A DNA stretch of 64,000 bases, taken from positions 1,346 to 65,345 of the forward strand of contig PLZO01000125.1 in NCBI GenBank assembly GCA_003152165.1, read 5' to 3'. The translations under genes were made by a program, and so were the position numbers. Below the pieces are notes generated by a model. It had not been told where the DNA came from and did not search any database. It worked only from the letters and a program-made list of their open reading frames with translations. The first letter of the stretch is position 1, and each line of letters starts with the position of its first letter. Shown here one piece after another: positions 57,658 to 64,000 of the stretch. Source of the stretch: Chloroflexota bacterium. GTDB lineage: Bacteria > Chloroflexota > Limnocylindria > Limnocylindrales > CSP1-4.

Positions 57658-58337
57658 GGGACCACCTCCAGGGGGACGGGTACGGATTCGGGTCCAATGC
57701 CCGGTGTGCGTGGGGCTTGGGGTTCGGCGGTTGATTCGGCTGGGCGGTCGGTCGCCCCTTCGGCCGCCAGTGCGGAGCGGAGCATGGCGATCCCACGATG
57801 GACCTGCGCCTTGACCGTGCCGGCGGGTCGGCCCAGGGCCTCCCCGATTTCCTCGTACGAGAGGCCGTCGACGTGGCGCAGGACGAGTGGCGCTCGATAG
57901 CGTTCCGGCAGGGCCAGCAACCGGGCCGCCCAGGCCTCCGTTGCCTCCCGCCGTTCGAGCCGACCGTGGGGCGTCTCGCGTACTGGGATTCGGGGGTGGG
58001 CGAGCTCATCAAGCAGGCTCACGGTGAAGGGCCGGCTCATTCGCGAGCGCGCCCGGTTCCGGGCCAGGTTGACCACGATGCTGGCCAGCCAGGGCCGCAC
58101 GGCGAGCTCGCGGATCCGACCAGCGTCCCAGCCGGACAACGCCCGGTAGGCCCGCACGAGTGTGTCCTGGGCAAGATCCTCGGCGTCGGCGGGCCGGCCG
58201 CTCAGCCGGAGGGCAATCCCGTAGATCCGCGAGCCTTCGGCCTCGACGAACGCCGGGAAGGTCCCGTCTAGGTCGGTCGCGAGGGTCGGCCGCAGGTCGA
58301 CCTCCTCGCGCGCCGCGGTTCGGGTTGTCGCGTCCAT
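57654..58337 (-). CDS. ECF RNA polymerase sigma factor
   Basis: DAEDLAQDTLVRAY, WLASIVVNLARN, LPERYR..GLSYEEIG..GTVKAQVHRG. Confidence 0.92.
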   Translation of the reverse strand: MDATTRTAAREEVDLRPTLATDLDGTFPAFVEAEGSRIYGIALRLSGRPADAEDLAQDTLVRAYRALSGWDAGRIRELAVRPWLASIVVNLARNRARSRMSRPFTVSLLDELAHPRIPVRETPHGRLERREATEAWAARLLALPERYRAPLVLRHVDGLSYEEIGEALGRPAGTVKAQVHRGIAMLRSALAAEGATDRPAESTAEPQAPRTPGIGPESVPVPLEVVP

Positions 58338-58458
58338 CACTCGTTCATAACACGGCCCGACCCGGGTTCGTTGCATTCGGGCCTGACTGGTCTGCGCCCG
58401 CGAGGTGGGGTCGTGCCGGCACCCTTGCCCGGGTCGAGCCACCCTCGACGCGCCCGAA

Positions 58459-59187
58459 TCAGGCGGGTCCGCGGGTCCTGCTTAGCCTCGAGACCCGTCC
58501 CGAGCCGTCGATTGCATCGATTTCGCCGGTCGGCTGGAGCAGGAAGATCCAGATGTCCCAGGTCGTGTGGCTGACGATCAACGCTCCAAGCGGGACACCG
58601 GCCGCGTAGAGCGCGCACCAATGGGCCCCGGCTACCCCGGCCGCGCCGATCAGCGTGAAGTTGCCGGTCACGACGTGCACGCCGCCGTAGGCCAGGGCGG
58701 CGAGCGCCGCCCCGGGCCAGCGTCCGTAGCGGCGCATCAGCGCCGACTGGACCAGACCGCGCCAGAAGATCTCCTCGGCCGGCCCGATCAGCAGGGCAAG
58801 TCGAGCGGCGATCTCGGGTTTCGGTCGAAGCGTTCGGAGGGCGTAGATAGCACGGATCTGAGCGTCGCCGCCGGGCACGAACCGGCGCGCAAATCGATCA
58901 CCGGTCCGGAACGTCAGGTACAGCAGGCCAGCCGAGGCGAGCCCGGCTGGGACATGCCACCAGCACGGTCGCAGCCGCCGCGATCGGTTCGACGTGAGGA
59001 GCGCAAAGCTCCCCAGGCCGATGCCGGTCCGGGTCATCCGGCTCCAGAACCGGTCACGCGGTCCGTTGAACGTGGCGCTGAACGTGGCGACGGCCCCCAG
59101 CAGGCCAAGGGCGAGCGGCACTGTGCCCGGGCCCATCGAGCCGGATCGCACCACGGACGCCGTGTCGCCCGTTGTGCGCCTAGGCAT
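58459..59187 (-). CDS. CPBP (CAAX/Abi) intramembrane metalloprotease
   Basis: AEEIFWRG, YGGVH, SHTTWD; overlaps the upstream stop codon. Confidence 0.88.
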   Translation of the reverse strand: MPRRTTGDTASVVRSGSMGPGTVPLALGLLGAVATFSATFNGPRDRFWSRMTRTGIGLGSFALLTSNRSRRLRPCWWHVPAGLASAGLLYLTFRTGDRFARRFVPGGDAQIRAIYALRTLRPKPEIAARLALLIGPAEEIFWRGLVQSALMRRYGRWPGAALAALAYGGVHVVTGNFTLIGAAGVAGAHWCALYAAGVPLGALIVSHTTWDIWIFLLQPTGEIDAIDGSGRVSRLSRTRGPA

Positions 59188-61282
59188 GCAGGCGCACTGC
59201 CGAGAGCAGGATGCCGATGACGAGCAGGGACCCGAAGGTGAGGTGCAGTCGAGCCGTCTGGACGTCGATCATTGCGATTGCCCGCTGCTGACCGCTCGCG
59301 CCGAGCTCGGCCGAGCGGATCACCTGGGCGAGGAACGGCAACGACACGATCGCTAGGAGTGTCTGGGGCGGCAGCCAGCCCACCGCCACCGTCAGTCCGA
59401 GGGCCATGTACGCACCGAGCACCAGGGCCACGTAGAAGTAGTGTGCCCGCTCGCGGCCGATCCGCGCCGACAGAGTCGAGATCCCGGCCCGGCTGTCCTC
59501 GCTGATATCACGCCACTCGTTGCCGTCGAGGATCGCGGCAACCAGCAAGCCCACTGGCACCGAGGCGGCGAGCGCGGTGGCACTCCACGTTCCGGTGACC
59601 GCGAAGTAGGTGCCTACGACCATGAGTGGTCCCATGAGCAGGAACACCAGCGGCACGCCCAGTGCGCGGAACTTGTATTCGAACGGGGGAGCCGTGTAGA
59701 AGTAGCCGCCGAGCAGTCCGGCCAGGCCGAGGCCGATGATTGCGGGCCCGCGCAGGGCGATCAGGTAGATCCCGATGGTGATGGCCAGACCGAACGCGAC
59801 GAAGGCGGTTACGAACGCCTGGCGCTCGGTCAAGCGGGCCTTGAGCAGGGCATGGCTGGCTCGCGGCGATGTGATCGTATCGATGCCTTTTCGGACGTCG
59901 TAGATCTCGTTGACGATGTTCGTGCCCGAGTGGAGCAGGACCCCACCAAGGAGCGCTGCCGCGAAGGGCAACCACCTGAAGTTGTGGTCGACCGCGGCGA
60001 GCGCACCGCCGGTCAGGACGGGAATCACCGAGGCGGTATAGGCGAACGGCCGAAGGATTTCCCACACGGCGCCCAGACGTCTTGACGCTCGGTCTGCCAG
60101 TCCAAGACGCCGATCGTCGGCCAGGCCGACGGAACCCATTCCAGCCGTGATCGGTTCGGACTCACTGACCCCGACGGAGCCCGCTGCGGCCCCGGCGGGC
60201 ACCGCGACTGCCGCCGACGCGCGTGCGGCGGTGGCCCGGCTCGTGGTCGGCTCAGGCAGGCCCGCGTAGAGCGCCGCGGCGGCGATCAGCTCGTTGATCT
60301 GGCGATCCTCCTGGAGGACCGGCTGGAGGAGCGGCAGGCCGAGGCCGGCGTCGGTATGGAAGGCCATCGCCTTGGCGGCCACGTCCTCACGCGTGCCACA
60401 CAGCATGTACGCGTCGAGCAGCTCGTCCGGGATCAGGGCACCGGCGCCGTGGTAATCCTCGGCGCGCCAGGCGGCCCCGATTCGGTCGCGCAGCTCGGAT
60501 TCGAAACCAGCCCGCTTGAGGGACACGTCGCCCAGCACCGACATCATGTAGATCACGAACGGCTCGCGCTTGGCCCGATTGAGCGCCTCACGCCGCGTCG
60601 AGTCGACCAGCGACAGGAGGTAGCCTTCCGTCTCGAGCTCGCCAGGATCGCGTCCTGCCTCGACCGCGGCGGCGGCCAATCGTTCCAGGATCCCACGCAG
60701 GGATGCGATTGATTCGGCCGGTCGGGCGATGTAGCCGTCGGCCTTCTGGCCGGCGAGGGTCACGAATTCGCGGCGATAGGCTGCGATATGGATCGGGATC
60801 CGATGAGTTGGCGGGAACATGGGCTGGATCGGCGGCAGGCCGGGCGTGGCCGATGGCAGACGCTCGCCGCGCCACAGCTGGCGCAATTGGTCGATCGCGG
60901 TCGAAACGCCGTCGAGGGCGGCCTCGGGCGAATAGGGGATCCCCATTTGCTTCAGGCGCAGCGGCAACCCGGTGCCCAGGGCCATCACGATCCGGCCGGG
61001 CAGGATCTCGTCGAGGGCCGAGCCGGTCATTGCGAGGACGACCGGGTGACGGGTATTCGGGTTGACGGCGCCGAGGGCCACCCGGAAGCCCGACTCGCCG
61101 TCGAGCTCGAGGGCCAGGGCGATGGCGGTCACGAAGGTGATTGCGTCGCGTTCGAAATACGAGTCGTGGACCCACACGGAATCGAGGCCCGCGTCGCGCG
61201 CATCGCGGGCCCAGCCAACCACATCTCCGACATCATCGCGGGCGGCGAGCCCAAGACCGACCGGGCGGGCGAGGCTGGACAT
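59180..61282 (-). CDS. fusion of LLM-class (Mer-like) oxidoreductase and MenA/UbiA prenyltransferase
   Basis: N-term VWVHDSYFERD, NPNTRHPVVLA, GRIVMALGTG; C-term LRPFAY, NIVNEIYDVRKGID, YTAPPFEYK, NEWRDISEDSRAGISTL. Confidence 0.85.
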   Translation of the reverse strand: MSSLARPVGLGLAARDDVGDVVGWARDARDAGLDSVWVHDSYFERDAITFVTAIALALELDGESGFRVALGAVNPNTRHPVVLAMTGSALDEILPGRIVMALGTGLPLRLKQMGIPYSPEAALDGVSTAIDQLRQLWRGERLPSATPGLPPIQPMFPPTHRIPIHIAAYRREFVTLAGQKADGYIARPAESIASLRGILERLAAAAVEAGRDPGELETEGYLLSLVDSTRREALNRAKREPFVIYMMSVLGDVSLKRAGFESELRDRIGAAWRAEDYHGAGALIPDELLDAYMLCGTREDVAAKAMAFHTDAGLGLPLLQPVLQEDRQINELIAAAALYAGLPEPTTSRATAARASAAVAVPAGAAAGSVGVSESEPITAGMGSVGLADDRRLGLADRASRRLGAVWEILRPFAYTASVIPVLTGGALAAVDHNFRWLPFAAALLGGVLLHSGTNIVNEIYDVRKGIDTITSPRASHALLKARLTERQAFVTAFVAFGLAITIGIYLIALRGPAIIGLGLAGLLGGYFYTAPPFEYKFRALGVPLVFLLMGPLMVVGTYFAVTGTWSATALAASVPVGLLVAAILDGNEWRDISEDSRAGISTLSARIGRERAHYFYVALVLGAYMALGLTVAVGWLPPQTLLAIVSLPFLAQVIRSAELGASGQQRAIAMIDVQTARLHLTFGSLLVIGILLSAVRLHA

Positions 61283-61421
61283 TGTTCGGTGCTTCCTTCG
61301 GAGATGCTGCAGTCGACCTATCGTAATCCGTTCGGGCGTCATTGGCTACTTCGCATTAGCCAGTAATTCGGATCGCCGTTCGGCAGTGGAATGAGATACA
61401 GCGCGTGAGACAATCGGGCCC

Positions 61422-62432
61422 ATGTCGATCGACGATCGCTTCGACGATTTGGCTGCCAGCCTGGCCGGGTTCTATCGCGCGTGGGCGGTCTATGTCGGCC
61501 TGGACCTGGGGCTCTTCCGCCGGATTCGAGCGGCTGCGCCGTCCGGCCTGACCCCGGTCGGCCTGGCCGCCCAGGCGGGTTGCCAGGCCGAGGTCGTGGA
61601 CACCTGGGTACGCCTCGCCCATGCAGTCGACCTGGTCGAGTTCGACGGGGAACGGGCGAGCATGGACGAGCTTGTCGCGGCGATCCTGCTCGATGACCAG
61701 CGCCCGGAATATCTCGGCGGCCAATTCGTGTCGACCGTGGTCAGCAGCCTCGACTACGAAGGACTTATCGAGTTTGCCCGGTCGGGTCGGCCGATCGATG
61801 GCCGGCCGGCGCGTTACCACCGGGCGATCGAGACGCTCACGGCTCAGGACATCGCAGTGTTCTTCCAGGAGGGGCTCGCCGCGCTGCCGGACCTGGCCGC
61901 CGAGCTGACCCGTGGTGGTCGGATCCTTGACGTGGCCTGCGGCGGCGGTCGCTGGCTGATTGCCGTGGCGACCCGATTCCCGGAGACCAGACTGGTGGGG
62001 GTCGAATCCGAGCCCGACTCGTTGGCTCGGGCCGGTCGGCACGTTCAGGAGGTCGGCCTGAGCAGCCGGATCTCGATCGAAGCCCGGCCCGCCGACGATC
62101 TGCCATGGCCAGCCCAGTTCGACCTCGTCTACTTCCAGGACACCCTGCACGACCTGCCTGACCCGGTCGCCACGTTGCGCTCCGGCTGGGCTTGCGTCCG
62201 ACCGGGTGGTCGTCTCATCGTCCTCGACTGGTGCCTGCCCGAATCGATCGACGAGTCGCGCTCGCTCCACGGCGCGATGATGTGGGGGATCCAGCTCGAC
62301 CAGCTCTTCCAGGGCACCCGTCTGTGGGATCACGTCGGCTTCGCCAACCTATTCCACCTCGCCGGGATCGGCGAGCCCGGGATCATCGACCTGCCGTCCG
62401 GGGCGACGCTCTTCGTGGCCCAGCGCAGCTGA
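61422..62432 (+). CDS. wHTH + class I SAM-dependent methyltransferase
   Basis: VGLDLGLF N-terminal domain, ILDVACGGG, LHDLPDP, RPGGRLIVLD. Confidence 0.88.
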   Translation: MSIDDRFDDLAASLAGFYRAWAVYVGLDLGLFRRIRAAAPSGLTPVGLAAQAGCQAEVVDTWVRLAHAVDLVEFDGERASMDELVAAILLDDQRPEYLGGQFVSTVVSSLDYEGLIEFARSGRPIDGRPARYHRAIETLTAQDIAVFFQEGLAALPDLAAELTRGGRILDVACGGGRWLIAVATRFPETRLVGVESEPDSLARAGRHVQEVGLSSRISIEARPADDLPWPAQFDLVYFQDTLHDLPDPVATLRSGWACVRPGGRLIVLDWCLPESIDESRSLHGAMMWGIQLDQLFQGTRLWDHVGFANLFHLAGIGEPGIIDLPSGATLFVAQRS

Positions 62433-62492
62433 GGCCGTTTGGGCTCCGGGCCGATCCTAGGCCCCTCGCTCCCGCAGGTTTCGGCCTAGGCT

Positions 62493-62700
62493 TTACCGCG
62501 CATTGAGCCGGTTCATTCCGGGTGCATGGTCCCACGCCTCGAAGCGGTCTGGCTCCCGCAGATGCGGTAGCTTCCGCCAGATGGTCACGAGGGCGTTCTG
62601 CAGAACGTACTCGGCGAGGCCGGGATCGCCCAGGATGCGGCGAGCGATCCCGAACAGCGTAGTCGGACGCTGTTGGTGATCGGCGGCAACTTCCAGGGCA
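62493..62700 (-). pseudogene. ECF sigma region-2 remnant
   Basis: LFGIARRILGDPGLAEYVLQNALVTIWRKLPHLREPDRFEAW, then stop; no region 4. Confidence 0.65.
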
Positions 62701-62755
62701 CTTATCCCTGCAGCTAGCACGGGAGCTGCAGCGGGCGCCGTATCCTTCGAGCCGC

Positions 62756-63358
62756 ATGCCACCTGCTCGGTTGCTGATCCGCTGGACCGATGGCGGTCTT
62801 GCGCCCCTCCTAGAATCGATCGGCGTCTCGATCGCTGAAGGGGTCGCCGACCTTCCCTCGGCGAGGATCGAGCTTGGGCCCCGGAGCGATGACGCAGCCG
62901 GCGCCCCCATCCTGGACGTGACTCTCGCGCCCGAATCCGGGCCACAGGTCGAGGAGCAGATCGACATCGCGGCAGTTGGCTGGGCGACGGTCGAGCTCGA
63001 CCGCGCCGAGGCAACGATCGGACCACAGTTCGGGACGACATTCGTAGAGGCGACCCGGGATTCGCTCCTCGGCGCGTCGGTCCGCCGCTCAACCAACGGG
63101 GCACCCAAGGTCGCGCTGCTCGAGCCGGACACCGAGGGCCGCCTCGCCGGGGCGCTCGCCAGGCACGGTGAAGGCCTGGTCGTGCTCTACCTGAGTGTGC
63201 CCGGCCTCGACGCGATTCCCGCTCATCTCGCGACGCGCTCCGGGACGGGCCCATTCGGCCCTGCCCGGCTCCTCCTCAACGGTCCGCGCGCCGGGCCGTT
63301 CCTGATCCTGCTCGACCCGGCGCCAGCCAGCCGCGACGGGGTACCATCGAAGCCATGA
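62756..63358 (+). CDS. VOC/glyoxalase-like hypothetical protein
   Basis: AVGWATVELDRA, LLEPDTEGRLA..LARHGEG. Confidence 0.55.
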   Translation: MPPARLLIRWTDGGLAPLLESIGVSIAEGVADLPSARIELGPRSDDAAGAPILDVTLAPESGPQVEEQIDIAAVGWATVELDRAEATIGPQFGTTFVEATRDSLLGASVRRSTNGAPKVALLEPDTEGRLAGALARHGEGLVVLYLSVPGLDAIPAHLATRSGTGPFGPARLLLNGPRAGPFLILLDPAPASRDGVPSKP

Positions 63359-63792
63359 TCGAGACCGATGTTACCCTGCGGCTCGCGACCATCGCTGACG
63401 CTCAGCGGATCGCCGCACTTTTCACTGAAGAGGGCTACCCCGCCGGTGCGTCGGCTGTCGAAACGCGCCTCGCCCGCTTCGACGGGCCGGACTCGCCCGT
63501 GATCGTGGCCGACCACGACGGCGAGATCCTCGGCTTCATCGCCGTGCATGTCGTGCCCCGTTTCGAGCACGACGACTCGTTCGTCCGGATCGTGGCGCTG
63601 GTGGTCGACGCGGCGGTCAGGGATCGTGGCATCGGCCGGGTCCTGATGGCCGAGGCCGAGCGTATCGGTCGGGAGCGCTCGGCCGCCTTCGTTGAGATCA
63701 CCGCCGGCCATCACCGGCCCGCGGCCCGGCACCTGTACGACTCGCTGGGCTATGACGCGAACCTGACGGCCTACCTGAGGAAGCGGCTCTAG
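63355..63792 (+). CDS. GNAT N-acetyltransferase
   Basis: ALVVD..RDRGIGRVLM, ARHLYDSLGY. Confidence 0.9.
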   Translation: MIETDVTLRLATIADAQRIAALFTEEGYPAGASAVETRLARFDGPDSPVIVADHDGEILGFIAVHVVPRFEHDDSFVRIVALVVDAAVRDRGIGRVLMAEAERIGRERSAAFVEITAGHHRPAARHLYDSLGYDANLTAYLRKRL

Positions 63793-63831
63793 CCCGGAGG
63801 GCGGCTCCGGCCCGACGGTCCGACGGACGCC

Positions 63832-64000
63832 ATGACGACGCCCGATTCAAGCAGGTTTCCGCGGCTGCGCCTGCGGAGTGCCTCGCCAACCCTGATTGGC
63901 CTGCCCTGGGAGCTGCCGCTCGAATCGTGGACTGCAGGCCGGGCGGACCTGCGCGAGCTGCCGATTGGTCCCTCGCGGCACCTCGTCCGCTTCGTCCAGG
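63832..64000 (+). CDS. DUF4032/kinase-like protein, N-terminus (runs off window)
   Basis: LIGLPWELPLESW..LPIGPSRHLVRFV. Confidence 0.65.
   Translation, partial: MTTPDSSRFPRLRLRSASPTLIGLPWELPLESWTAGRADLRELPIGPSRHLVRFVQ

Overview
High-GC bacterial chromosome segment. The gene repertoire resembles Chloroflexota of the Limnocylindria type, but that host call is inference. Housekeeping flanks (1-13.9 kb and 51.5-64 kb) enclose a 37.6 kb integrative element (13937-51532) inserted in the 3' end of tRNA-Arg(TCT) and bounded by an exact 17-bp direct repeat. The element has a phage-satellite-like core: large serine integrase, divergent promoters, Zn-finger/TOPRIM/ATPase primase with iteron-like repeats, ParB-like DNA methyltransferase and a terminase-small-subunit-like gene. 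I recognise no capsid, tail, large terminase or conjugation genes. Its cargo includes a GGDEF + PAS/GAF/EAL c-di-GMP pair, a general-stress cluster (two hemerythrins, CsbD, CorA, PAP2, small membrane peptides), a defence cluster (Shedu, EcoRI-family MTase + DUF262/HNH, DUF4145, HEPN-like) and many decaying gene remnants. The most striking feature is that the att core lies inside the integrase coding sequence, so integration and excision swap the integrase C-terminus (7 aa read antisense through the tRNA versus a 26 aa tail stored at attR). Notable points in the flanks are an LLM oxidoreductase-MenA/UbiA prenyltransferase fusion coupled to a CPBP protease, an ECF sigma coupled to an Ogt with a C-terminal Ada domain, an IS481 inserted exactly on a stop codon, a triple DnaA-box-like promoter and a Ser-less alpha/beta hydrolase.
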